From sequence record KJ019095.1: a stretch of 64,000 nt of DNA. The stretch is one strand, 5' to 3'. Each line of letters opens with the position of its first letter. The first letter of the stretch is position 1. A program made the translations under genes and the position numbers. Below, piece after piece: positions 27,396-36,524 of the stretch. The notes under the pieces are model-generated. The model was not told where the DNA came from, made no database searches, and was given only the letters and a program-made list of their open reading frames with translations.

Positions 27396-27462
27396 ACCTT
27401 TGTGAAGGGAAACAGGGGCTGCTTAGCATCTAAATACTTAATGAGAGGAGTTATCATTTAAT

Positions 27463-27597
27463 ATGGCATACAGAGTTTGGCATTCACCAATAAAGAGTAT
27501 TATCCTACAAACCTATGAGGAGGTAGTTGTATACTATGCAATGCAAAGAGCAGCACATAACACTACTCCAGAAGGTTGGGAAGAAGTTGCTGCATAG
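27463..27597 (+). CDS. 44-aa hypothetical protein
   Basis: Manual translation; GAGGAG upstream. Confidence 0.5.
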   Translation: MAYRVWHSPIKSIILQTYEEVVVYYAMQRAAHNTTPEGWEEVAA

Positions 27598-27620
27598 ATA
27601 TGGTAGAATGATTATGTTAT

Positions 27621-28061
27621 GTGAAAGAAGTAAATTATGAGAACCCATGGATATATCTGGAGAGACCTTTCACTGATGATGATATTCTGGACTACTTTGG
27701 TTTTGTTTATCGTATTACCAATAAGACAACAGGGAGGAAGTACCTGGGAAGAAAGGTATTTTGGTTCCACAGAAAGCCTCCTGGTAAGAAACGAAGGGTA
27801 AAGAAACCATCAGACTGGAAGAAGTACTATGGATCCAGTGATGAACTTAAAGCAGATATTCAACTCTTAGGGAAAGATATCTTCACCAGGGAGATTATAT
27901 CATTGCATAAGACCCTAGGAAAGACAAACTTTGCAGAGACAGAAGCACTCTTCCAATACAAAGTATTGACAGAGAAACTTGACGATGGGTCTCCAATGTA
28001 TTATAATGCGAATATACTTTCGAGATACTACAGGAAAGACTACTTTGATTATGAGGACTAA
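27621..28061 (+). CDS. GIY-YIG endonuclease (T4 EndoII/denA-like)
   Basis: GFVYRITN...KYLGRK...YYGSS...E...YYN. Confidence 0.85.
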   Translation: MKEVNYENPWIYLERPFTDDDILDYFGFVYRITNKTTGRKYLGRKVFWFHRKPPGKKRRVKKPSDWKKYYGSSDELKADIQLLGKDIFTREIISLHKTLGKTNFAETEALFQYKVLTEKLDDGSPMYYNANILSRYYRKDYFDYED

Positions 28062-29149
28062 TGAGTTATTTTACTGATCGTTTTGGTGATACCTATAAGG
28101 TTATCCGTAACTATATCTCTAGTGAAGAAGCAAATACTTTAGGAGAGAACTATAAAGAGTTTGTATCTACTGATGGGGTGCCTACAGAGGCAACCATGAT
28201 TACTTCGAATGCATATGATTTCTACAACAGACCTGAACAGGTAGCACTACTATCAGAGAAAGTATCACATATTAATGAACTATTGGGTAAGAAAGTTCTT
28301 CCTGCCTATTCCTTTGTTAGACAATACGGAGTTGGATCCTTTCTAGGCAAACATACGGACAGAAAGTCCTGTGAGGTATCTCTGAGTATCCACCTGTGTG
28401 GTGATAAGGAATGGCCGTTCTGTATAGAGGATAAGGAAGGAAACCCCGTAGAACTCATCCTACACCCCGGAGATGCAGTCTTATATGATGCACCTAATGC
28501 AACTCACTGGAGAGAAGAATATGATGGTGAGTTCTATATTCAAACCTTTCATCACTATGTAACTTTAGGTGGTGAGTATGAGAATCTATTCTTTGATAAT
28601 AATGATAAAGAATTCTCACTAACCAATTATATTAAACAATATAAGGAATCAGTACCTCCTGATATCTGTGATATGATTGTTAAATACGCAGAACAATTCC
28701 CCAATAGGTGGGAAAATGCTACTACTATACAATCTATAAAAGATAATACTACTGATACTAGGATATGTGAGAGTTGGAATGTTTTACCAACTGATAGTAT
28801 TGATGATGTTGTTTATAAGTATATAACTGAAGCATCTTCTAAGTTCTGTAATACCTTCCCACACTTTAATCTTACTCAGGACACTGGATATCAGATTTTA
28901 AGATACAAACCAGGTGGTAAGTATGACTACCATACAGATCAACATGCCACTTATAACAGGGAAGTTACTATTATTCTAAACCTTAATGATGACTACGAAG
29001 GTGGTAACCTATGTCACATTAAAGACAACCATATGATAAAGATGGGTAAGGGTGATATCATTATTTTCCCTGCTAACTTTATGTACCCACATCGTATTAC
29101 TCCCATAACATCTGGTGTTAGGTATTCTATTGTGACTTGGGCAGTCTAA
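28061..29149 (+). CDS. tandem two-domain 2OG-Fe(II) oxygenase
   Basis: Domain 1 KHTDRKSCE...HWR; domain 2 YHTD...YEGG...HRI...RYS. Confidence 0.88.
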   Translation: MSYFTDRFGDTYKVIRNYISSEEANTLGENYKEFVSTDGVPTEATMITSNAYDFYNRPEQVALLSEKVSHINELLGKKVLPAYSFVRQYGVGSFLGKHTDRKSCEVSLSIHLCGDKEWPFCIEDKEGNPVELILHPGDAVLYDAPNATHWREEYDGEFYIQTFHHYVTLGGEYENLFFDNNDKEFSLTNYIKQYKESVPPDICDMIVKYAEQFPNRWENATTIQSIKDNTTDTRICESWNVLPTDSIDDVVYKYITEASSKFCNTFPHFNLTQDTGYQILRYKPGGKYDYHTDQHATYNREVTIILNLNDDYEGGNLCHIKDNHMIKMGKGDIIIFPANFMYPHRITPITSGVRYSIVTWAV

Positions 29150-29171
29150 ATACTCTGTTATTTCGGTTACA

Positions 29172-30392
29172 GTGATGAAAATAGATTTCAGTAACTTTTT
29201 CCAATACTATGATGGTAATCTAAAGAACCATGTAGAATCAATTGCTCTACTAGAGCGTGAGATTGAAAAGGTTGCTCCCCATCTCCTCCAGGACGAAGCG
29301 GAGTGGGTTAAGTTATATCGTAATACTGCTCAGGTTGATAAACCTGATAAGGTTATTGCCTTACCTGTACCTTACTTCCCCCAGACAGATAACTACACAC
29401 AACCAGAGAGGACTTGTAACTCTTCCTCCTGTGCTATGTGTCTAGAATACTTTAGACCTGGGACTCTAGTTGGTTCTAAAGGTGATGACGCGTATATCAG
29501 AAAGGTATTTGCTGTAGGAGATACCACAGACCACTCAGTTCAAACTAAAGTTCTAGCAGACTATGGTGTAGATTCTGAGTTCAACTATTCACTCAGTTTT
29601 GATAACCTAGATCACGAACTTGAGAACAAGAGACCTGTTGTGATTGGTATCCTCCACAGAGGAAGCCTAGCACACCCCACAGGGGGTCATATGGTGGTTG
29701 TGATAGGTAAGACGGCAGAAGGTGATTACATCTGTCACGACCCCTACGGAGACCTTAACGACGGATATACAACCAATGTATACAACGGTCAGTCTGTTGT
29801 GTATAAGAGAAATGTTCTAGAGGCTAGATGGACTCCTGACGGTCCTACCAGTGGTTGGGGGCGTACTTTCCAGGCGAAAGTAACCGCAAAAAAGTCTGAG
29901 GAGGGTAAGTTGCCCTCCGCTGGTGTTGAACTTATCAAAGAGTTTGAAGGACTTCATGTTCTAAAATCTGATGGAATGATCCATGCTTATCCTGACCCTC
30001 TATCTGGTGGTGAACCCTGGACTATTGGTTGGGGTTCTACTAGGGATCTTGATGGATCAGCATTCCATCCTGGGGATAAAATCACCAGAGAGAAAGCAGA
30101 CATCCTCCTAGAGGAACAACTTAGAAGAGATTATCTTTCTAAGTTAGAGCAAACCATTCCCTATTGGGATGAGATGAATGACAACCAGCATGGTGCTCTA
30201 CTCAGTTTTGGGTATAACCTAGGAGCCAGTTTCTACGGAAGTCCTGATTTTAACACAATAACCCGTGTTTTGCGAGACAAAGAGTGGAATAAAGTCCCCG
30301 ACGCGTTATACTTGTATCGTAACCCCGGAACTCCTGTAGAGGAGGGTCTTTCTAGACGACGGATTGCAGAAGGAGAACTTTGGGAGAGCTGA
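29172..30392 (+). CDS. modular endolysin: C39-like peptidase plus GH24 lysozyme
   Basis: VPYFPQ...CNSSSCAM...HMVVVIG...HDPYG; IKEFEG...YPD...WTIGWG...GLSRRR. Confidence 0.9.
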   Translation: MMKIDFSNFFQYYDGNLKNHVESIALLEREIEKVAPHLLQDEAEWVKLYRNTAQVDKPDKVIALPVPYFPQTDNYTQPERTCNSSSCAMCLEYFRPGTLVGSKGDDAYIRKVFAVGDTTDHSVQTKVLADYGVDSEFNYSLSFDNLDHELENKRPVVIGILHRGSLAHPTGGHMVVVIGKTAEGDYICHDPYGDLNDGYTTNVYNGQSVVYKRNVLEARWTPDGPTSGWGRTFQAKVTAKKSEEGKLPSAGVELIKEFEGLHVLKSDGMIHAYPDPLSGGEPWTIGWGSTRDLDGSAFHPGDKITREKADILLEEQLRRDYLSKLEQTIPYWDEMNDNQHGALLSFGYNLGASFYGSPDFNTITRVLRDKEWNKVPDALYLYRNPGTPVEEGLSRRRIAEGELWES

Positions 30393-30812
30393 ATGATTGC
30401 ACTTGATATATTCTGTGACTGGTTCACTGGGAGATGGAACAATCGTGCTCAGGCACATTCCAACCCCAGAGGTCAGGCATATGTGATGGCTAGACACGAT
30501 AGGATATCAGACACAGAGTTTCGATGTGTTTATCACTACCATAGGGATAAGACCCCTTATAGGGACTTTACCCTGAATATCAACGGACATGATAGTGATA
30601 TTATTCTGTCTGATAAGGAAACCAGGTTAGTTTATTCTTTATATAACGGCGCGTATACTTGTCACTTTGATAAGATAATCAAAGGAAAAAGATATGTATT
30701 TGATTCTGTATTAGCGAATACTTTCTATAAACTTAATGATCAGTGTTTTGATGGAACCCGACTAGTTCGGGGTCTAGAAACCGGTGAGTTTTATGACTTT
30801 AGAAAGGAATAA
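30393..30812 (+). CDS. cpeT: CpeT/CpcT-family phycobilin lyase
   Basis: WFTGRWNNRAQA...PYR...RGL. Confidence 0.8.
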   Translation: MIALDIFCDWFTGRWNNRAQAHSNPRGQAYVMARHDRISDTEFRCVYHYHRDKTPYRDFTLNINGHDSDIILSDKETRLVYSLYNGAYTCHFDKIIKGKRYVFDSVLANTFYKLNDQCFDGTRLVRGLETGEFYDFRKE

Positions 30813-30814
30813 TA

Positions 30815-31000
30815 TTATCTAATCCCCACCCACCATTCGCGAGCACAGTTTGCGATTTGTTCTGCGGTGGGGTTTTCTACGCGGATAATCTCAGAGCACT
30901 CATCTATCATTTCCTCTAGATGTTTATTGCAGGTAGCGAGATCGTTCATTTGCTTGTGCCTTGATATTTTCGCAGTCATGAGAATACTAACAATGATCAC
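30815..31000 (-). CDS. hypothetical protein on the minus strand
   Basis: Fills an intergenic gap; ACTAAATA late-like promoter on the minus strand at 31010-31017. Confidence 0.55.
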   Translation of the reverse strand: MIIVSILMTAKISRHKQMNDLATCNKHLEEMIDECSEIIRVENPTAEQIANCAREWWVGIR

Positions 31001-31140
31001 ATATAGAGTTATTTAGTTCTCAGAAAACTCTCAGTTGTGAGAAATGTGTAATATGATATAATGTAAATATCTTCATATTTTCTTCATATACATAATGAAG
31101 AAACTATTAAGTTTCACATTGTCGTTTGTAAATTAAAGTT

Positions 31141-31785
31141 TTGGATTCCAATAAGAGATCGATTATTAGAAAACTAGCAGCTATTGCTGCGATTGGCTTC
31201 GTGGGTATTCCCGCTGGAGCTGGTCTAATCCCTACTCTAGAACAGTTTCAAGAAGAAAATGGATATGGTACTGAGGAAGTAGTAGAGGATACAACTGAAG
31301 AGGTAGTAGAAGAAGTAGCAATGACAAGGCGTTGGGTTCTCCCCAATGGAACACATAATGAGAAGATAGTACTCAGTGCCCTACAGGATAGGGGTATTAC
31401 TGATAAAGTTGCTCTAGCGGTTGTTTTAGGTAATATCAAACAAGAGTCACGATTCCATTCCAACATCTGTGAGGGTGGTGCAAGGGTCAACTATCATGGT
31501 TGTAGATATGGTGGGTATGGTCTTATCCAATGGACTACTTCAGATAGATATAGAGGACTTGGACACTACGCTTCTAGGATTGGTGGTGATCCTTCCAGTG
31601 TAGAAACTCAGGTTGGATATATCTTCAGAGAGAGGCAGTGGTTAGACATTGAATCATCCCTCAAAAGAAATGGTCATAGTGTTGGTTACTACATGAATAG
31701 GGCATATTACTGGTTGGGATGGGGTCACCATGGAGCCAGAACCCACTACTCACATGACTATGCTGCTCGTCTCATCTTTAAATAA
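31141..31785 (+). CDS. secreted phage-tail-lysozyme-like protein
   Basis: N-terminal hydrophobic segment; GNIKQES, GYGLIQWT. Confidence 0.75.
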   Translation: MDSNKRSIIRKLAAIAAIGFVGIPAGAGLIPTLEQFQEENGYGTEEVVEDTTEEVVEEVAMTRRWVLPNGTHNEKIVLSALQDRGITDKVALAVVLGNIKQESRFHSNICEGGARVNYHGCRYGGYGLIQWTTSDRYRGLGHYASRIGGDPSSVETQVGYIFRERQWLDIESSLKRNGHSVGYYMNRAYYWLGWGHHGARTHYSHDYAARLIFK

Positions 31786-31799
31786 ATAGATGAAACCCA

Positions 31800-32195
31800 A
31801 TGAAAGTCCCAGAGTTTAAAGTCAGTTTTCAGTTTGGTAAGAAGAAGAAAAACCCCCTACGTCTATACATTATAGGGGCAGTTTTGAGCTTTGTTATCGA
31901 TATGATACATACTTTTATGAGGGTTCCCACAAAGGACCTCTGGGCTTTGGTTGACGAATTGGGAAAAGAGCTTAGAATAGAAGATATCAATGAGCTCGTT
32001 TTGAATAGTCCCGAACTACTACAGGCTAGAATCGAACGAGAAGTTGATGGAGCTATTGAGGACCATCTTAAAGAAACAGGTCACAAAGACCCAGAGATTG
32101 AATCAGTATTTACTGAAACACTAAAGGGAGAAACCCCCTTAGGTGGTGAACTAAGAATCCGTGGTAAGTGGGTTCCTGAAAATAAGGAGGACTAA
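31800..32195 (+). CDS. conserved cyanophage hypothetical protein
   Basis: AATAAATA at 31781; ORF track. Confidence 0.75.
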   Translation: MKVPEFKVSFQFGKKKKNPLRLYIIGAVLSFVIDMIHTFMRVPTKDLWALVDELGKELRIEDINELVLNSPELLQARIEREVDGAIEDHLKETGHKDPEIESVFTETLKGETPLGGELRIRGKWVPENKED

Positions 32196-32356
32196 TGAAA
32201 CGACACAACAAAGTGATGCACCTTATCCGTGAGTCTCTTCGTAACCCAGAAGCATATTCTGAGGAAGAGATTACATATATGAGAGAGCAACTCAAACTAC
32301 TGGAGGGTGAGAAGGAAACTATTAAACGGGAGAAGAATCGTGGATTTGGATCTTAA
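32195..32356 (+). CDS. 53-aa hypothetical protein
   Basis: Manual translation ending NRGFGS; GGAGG SD. Confidence 0.65.
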   Translation: MKRHNKVMHLIRESLRNPEAYSEEEITYMREQLKLLEGEKETIKREKNRGFGS

Positions 32357-32786
32357 ATTCATTGGAGATGAGTGTCTTAGGAAACCATCAGTAAATGTTG
32401 AAGATATCACAGAGGATGTGGTAACTTTATCCAAGGCAATGAAACAGAAGATGGTTGAGTGTAATGGTATTGGTCTAGCAGCCCCACAGGTTGGTAGGAA
32501 TATCAGACTTATAGTTGTGCGACTAATGTGTGGTATGACTGTGGAGATGATTAATCCACGCATCAGTTGGACTTCTGATGACAGATGCATACTTGATGAA
32601 GGTTGTCTTAGTATCCCTGGAAAAACACACCCTGTTGAGAGGTATAAATCCATCAGAGTTAAATTTCAGGACATTACAGGACAACATAAATATTGGAAAT
32701 TATCTAAGATGGACGCACGAGTGGTTCTACATGAGTATGATCATTTGGAAGGTTTATTGATGGTTGATTACCAGAAGACTGGTTAA
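32340..32786 (+). CDS. def: peptide deformylase
   Basis: GIGLAAPQVG, EGCLS, HEYDH. Confidence 0.95.
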   Translation: MDLDLKFIGDECLRKPSVNVEDITEDVVTLSKAMKQKMVECNGIGLAAPQVGRNIRLIVVRLMCGMTVEMINPRISWTSDDRCILDEGCLSIPGKTHPVERYKSIRVKFQDITGQHKYWKLSKMDARVVLHEYDHLEGLLMVDYQKTG

Positions 32787-32802
32787 CTTTATAGTATTAA
32801 CA

Positions 32803-32994
32803 ATGATTATGAAAACGAAGAGAGAGCGTCTTGAAGATGTCATTATGGAATACCTAAACGAAGACTACTCATCAAGACGTATCTACGAAGAATTCTTATC
32901 AGTAATGATGGATGAATGTCAAGGTAGGGAAGAGGCATCTAAGAAAGCATTAGAACTCAGAGACTTGATGTTGGGTGATAGACCTGTATTTTAA
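32803..32994 (+). CDS. hypothetical protein
   Basis: ORF track; start adjusted. Confidence 0.7.
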   Translation: MIMKTKRERLEDVIMEYLNEDYSSRRIYEEFLSVMMDECQGREEASKKALELRDLMLGDRPVF

Positions 32995-33012
32995 AAAAGG
33001 AGATTATCAATT

Positions 33013-33324
33013 ATGACTAAAGAAGTTAGCGATTTGAAACTCACACGACTTGAGTGTGTGAAGTGTGGCGCCACTTGGATCAATGGTAATCATGTATGGA
33101 AGACTGGTAATACTGGAAGTGAAACCGATCTAGCTGGGTTAGTTTGCAATAAACTAGGTGATGACGATTGCATCAACCCCCTAAGGGGTGCTGAGACAGG
33201 TGACACTTGGGAACAACGCCTTGGTGACCTGGATACTGGATTCAATGCAAGGAGAGAGCGTCTAGAAGACCAGAGAGCAAGGTTCAAAGAACAATATGGG
33301 GAAGACCCTCACTTTGACGATTGA
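33013..33324 (+). CDS. Cys-containing conserved hypothetical protein
   Basis: CVKCGATW...CN...CIN; AGGAG SD. Confidence 0.8.
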   Translation: MTKEVSDLKLTRLECVKCGATWINGNHVWKTGNTGSETDLAGLVCNKLGDDDCINPLRGAETGDTWEQRLGDLDTGFNARRERLEDQRARFKEQYGEDPHFDD

Positions 33325-33326
33325 GG

Positions 33327-33370
33327 AAGTGGCACACCCCCTAGGCAAACCTATGGGGATGCGTTATAAT
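33327..33370 (+). promoter_or_regulatory. early-type promoter with upstream AAGTGGCACA box
   Basis: AAGTGGCACA-5-TAGGCA-17-TATAAT. Confidence 0.7.
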
Positions 33371-33392
33371 ATGAAGGTAATCAACCAGAGAG

Positions 33393-33608
33393 ATGACACA
33401 GCTTAAAACAAAGTTCCGCAGGTATATCGGTGTTCTCACTGAAGCCGTATCTCGTTCCATCGAGTTAGACTACTCACAACCCAAACTCTATAAGAAGGTC
33501 CGAAGGTTCTATGAGGAACAGGGAGTCTCCTTCACTGGAGACGAGGTAGATGACTACCAAATTGTTATGGATTGTTTAACTGAAGATCTAGTAAAGGAGC
33601 CAGTATGA
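33393..33608 (+). CDS. hypothetical protein
   Basis: ORF track. Confidence 0.75.
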   Translation: MTQLKTKFRRYIGVLTEAVSRSIELDYSQPKLYKKVRRFYEEQGVSFTGDEVDDYQIVMDCLTEDLVKEPV

Positions 33609-33841
33609 AGACTATTCTTGAGAGAGAAGGTTTCCGTTTCATTGAGAAAGGTATTATTGAACTCAATGGAATGCCAGACTACCGACTACAGAAACAAGAT
33701 CACTATTCCCAACGATGGAATGATGTTTATCTCTTCGATAACAAGATGCAGTGTCTAACTGCTATGGAAGATATCGAATATTGTAAGTGGTTGTGTGGAG
33801 AACCCTGTTATGTTCGTGATGTTGTTGGTTCCTATTCATAG
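33605..33841 (+). CDS. conserved cyanophage hypothetical protein
   Basis: ORF track; coupled. Confidence 0.75.
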   Translation: MKTILEREGFRFIEKGIIELNGMPDYRLQKQDHYSQRWNDVYLFDNKMQCLTAMEDIEYCKWLCGEPCYVRDVVGSYS

Positions 33842-34072
33842 ATGAGAACTACATCCTTCCTAAGGTATCTTGGAAATACCTTACTAGTGTTGGGTCATTT
33901 CACACTCCTTTGGGGGGATACACAGACCGCCTTGACTATCAAAATCATAGGTGGTCTTTCTTTGTTACCCTTTGCCATCTCCTGGAAGTTGTGGGATGTT
34001 GTGGCACTTGAGTTAATATTTGGAGGTATGGATGTAACCAAGTTCATCCAGCTGGTGTTTTCTAACTCCTAG
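33842..34072 (+). CDS. small multi-TM membrane protein
   Basis: Three hydrophobic segments. Confidence 0.7.
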   Translation: MRTTSFLRYLGNTLLVLGHFTLLWGDTQTALTIKIIGGLSLLPFAISWKLWDVVALELIFGGMDVTKFIQLVFSNS

Positions 34073-34098
34073 GGTTTCTTTATTCCCTTACAAAGATG

Positions 34099-34142
34099 AA
34101 GTGGCGCACCTGATTGGCAAACCCAAAAATATGTGTTATACT
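34099..34142 (+). promoter_or_regulatory. early-type promoter with upstream AAGTGGCGCA box
   Basis: AAGTGGCGCA-5-TTGGCA-17-TATACT. Confidence 0.75.
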
Positions 34143-34147
34143 GGGTA

Positions 34148-34233
34148 GGTATTGGTAGCGTTTTCAGGGGTGAATAAACTACCAATACCAATCTAAACTC
34201 ATAGAAAACCACTCCTCATGGGGTGGTTTTTTT
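34148..34233 (+). ncRNA. candidate ~85-nt small RNA
   Basis: Begins at the predicted +1 with 11-bp stem GGTATTGGTAG/CTACCAATACC and ends in a terminator at 34205-34233; no ORF inside. Confidence 0.55.
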
Positions 34234-34267
34234 GTGCGCGTATAACTAGTGTAACTTGGGTTACATT

Positions 34268-34564
34268 ATGAAAGCCGACGCACAACTAGAACACCACGCC
34301 AATTGCTGGAATGCTATTCGAAATAATGATAAGGAATACTTTAAGATAGGAGTTGGTGTTTATAAAACTATCAACGCTGATAGGGAATACTATATCAATA
34401 GTCGTATTGAAACTGATAAGAATAGTGATATATCAGAGATGGATCAAGTGAAAGAAGCCCACTCCAAACACTTAAGTTATTTTATTGGATACAAATCAGA
34501 AGTAACAGTTGAAGCTATCAGTAGTGATTGGAAATCTACCCTATACCGGGTTACTACCTGCTAG
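34268..34564 (+). CDS. hypothetical protein
   Basis: ORF track; start adjusted. Confidence 0.65.
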   Translation: MKADAQLEHHANCWNAIRNNDKEYFKIGVGVYKTINADREYYINSRIETDKNSDISEMDQVKEAHSKHLSYFIGYKSEVTVEAISSDWKSTLYRVTTC

Positions 34565-34584
34565 GGTGTGTTATAATAGATGAA

Positions 34585-35595
34585 ATGCATGTTGTGATGA
34601 AAGCTTTAATCTCTGGTATAACTGGGCAGGATGGATCCTATCTTGCTGAACTTCTACTGAAGAAGGGGTATGAAGTCCATGGTATTATTCGTAGAACCTC
34701 CTCGTTTAATACAGGAAGAATCGATCATATCTTCGATCAGTTACACCTCCACTACGGGGATTTGACTGACTCCCTGAACATAGTCTCTATCATTAAGGAA
34801 GTAGAACCTGATGAGATCTACAACCTAGGGGCACAGAGTCATGTGAAAGTATCTTTCGAGGAACCTGAATATACAGCACAGACTGATGCTCTGGGAACCC
34901 TAAGAGTATTGGAGGCAGTTCGTCTCCTAGGTATGACAGATAGGGTCCGTATCTACCAGGCATCCACCAGTGAGTTGTATGGGTTGGTACAAGAGACACC
35001 ACAGAAAGAAACAACACCTTTCTACCCACGATCTCCATATGGCGTAGCTAAACTCTATGGATATTGGATTATAAAGAACTACAGAGAGAGTTATGGGATG
35101 CACGCCAGTAGTGGTATTCTATTCAACCATGAGTCACCACGACGGGGTGAGACTTTCGTAACCCGTAAGATTACTAGGGGACTATCCCGTATTAGTACAG
35201 GACTACAGGATTGTCTATACCTAGGTAATCTAAACTCAAGACGAGATTGGGGTCATGCTGAAGACTATGTGGAGGCTATGTGGTTGATGTTACAACAGGA
35301 AACTCCTGATGACTATGTGATTGCCACAGGTAAAGAGTATTCAGTGAAGGACTTTGTAGAGGCATCTGCTGAATACTTTGGTATGAAGATTGAGTGGCAG
35401 GGTGAAGGATTGGATGAAGTGGGTATAGATAGATTTACAAAGAAGGTTGTCGTTCGTGTGAGTGACAAATACTTCAGACCAGCAGAGGTTGAAACTCTCT
35501 GGGGTGATCCCACTAAGGCTAAAGAGGTATTGGGTTGGAAACCTAATCATACCTTTGCTTCCCTAGTAGAAGATATGTGTATCTACGGTCAGTAA
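34585..35595 (+). CDS. gmd: GDP-mannose 4,6-dehydratase
   Basis: [36 protein letters not shown]. Confidence 0.96.
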   Translation: MHVVMKALISGITGQDGSYLAELLLKKGYEVHGIIRRTSSFNTGRIDHIFDQLHLHYGDLTDSLNIVSIIKEVEPDEIYNLGAQSHVKVSFEEPEYTAQTDALGTLRVLEAVRLLGMTDRVRIYQASTSELYGLVQETPQKETTPFYPRSPYGVAKLYGYWIIKNYRESYGMHASSGILFNHESPRRGETFVTRKITRGLSRISTGLQDCLYLGNLNSRRDWGHAEDYVEAMWLMLQQETPDDYVIATGKEYSVKDFVEASAEYFGMKIEWQGEGLDEVGIDRFTKKVVVRVSDKYFRPAEVETLWGDPTKAKEVLGWKPNHTFASLVEDMCIYGQ

Positions 35596-35597
35596 TT

Positions 35598-36524
35598 ATG
35601 GAAAAAGGTGCAACGGTAGCAGTATTTGGTTCGGGTGGATTGGCTGGAAGTGCCATCACCAGGGCACTCAGGTGTTCTTTTGGGGGGTATAAGATTCTTA
35701 CTCCTAGGAGTAAAGAACTAGACCTAAGAGAACAAGCAGATGTTCGTAGTTGGTTTAAGCATAACAAAGTTGATTATGTATTCTTAGCTGCTGCCTTAGT
35801 TGGTGGTATCATGGCTAACAAGACTAGAAAGGCAGAGTTCTTACATGACAATCTAATGATGCAGTGTAATGTAATTGACTCTGCATACTATAGTGGAGTG
35901 AAGAAACTTCTATTCCTAGGTACTTCTTGTATCTATCCAGCAGGAAGGCACCATCCACTAGTGGAACATGAACTACTCACAGGACTATTAGAACCAACCA
36001 ATGACGCATACGCAATCGCAAAGATCGCAGGGATCAAACAATGTGACTTCTACCGAGAACAATATGGATTTGATGCTATCTCTATCATGCCTCCTAATCT
36101 ATATGGTCCTGGAGATAATTTCAATGAGGGATCAGGACATGTCCTCGCCTCATTGATGAATAGGTTTCACCTAGCGAAGGAAGCAGGTGCATCTAGAGTT
36201 GAATGTTGGGGTGATGGGACACCTATGAGGGAGTTCCTATATGTGGATGACTTAGCAGATGCTTCCTTATACTTTATGGATAGTTATAGTGAGTCTGGGC
36301 ACATTAATACTGGGACTGGTAGGGATGTAACTATCAAACAACTAGCGGAGACTATTGCTGATGTAGTTGGATACAAAGGTGAGATAGGTTGGGATACAAC
36401 TAAACCCAACGGAAACCCAAGGAAACTACTTGACAGCAGTAGGGCAAACCTGTTAGGATGGGAACCCAAGGTTAAATTTGAAGACGGAATCAAACTCACA
36501 TACAACTGGTATCTAGCACAATGA
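35598..36524 (+). CDS. fcl: GDP-L-fucose synthase family epimerase/reductase (Fcl/WcaG/ColC)
   Basis: GSGGLAG, AALVGGI, LGTSCIYP, YAIAK, PNLYGP. Confidence 0.93.
   Translation: MEKGATVAVFGSGGLAGSAITRALRCSFGGYKILTPRSKELDLREQADVRSWFKHNKVDYVFLAAALVGGIMANKTRKAEFLHDNLMMQCNVIDSAYYSGVKKLLFLGTSCIYPAGRHHPLVEHELLTGLLEPTNDAYAIAKIAGIKQCDFYREQYGFDAISIMPPNLYGPGDNFNEGSGHVLASLMNRFHLAKEAGASRVECWGDGTPMREFLYVDDLADASLYFMDSYSESGHINTGTGRDVTIKQLAETIADVVGYKGEIGWDTTKPNGNPRKLLDSSRANLLGWEPKVKFEDGIKLTYNWYLAQ

Noticed and set aside
27214-27405. 63-aa ORF from the track
   Set aside because: Runs through a terminator and promoter; the alternative frame 27210-27353 fits the operon
34148-34233. Assignment as wcaG RNA motif because gmd/fcl lie downstream
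   Set aside because: I cannot see the repeated UGGYG elements I recall for that motif; left unassigned pending cmscan
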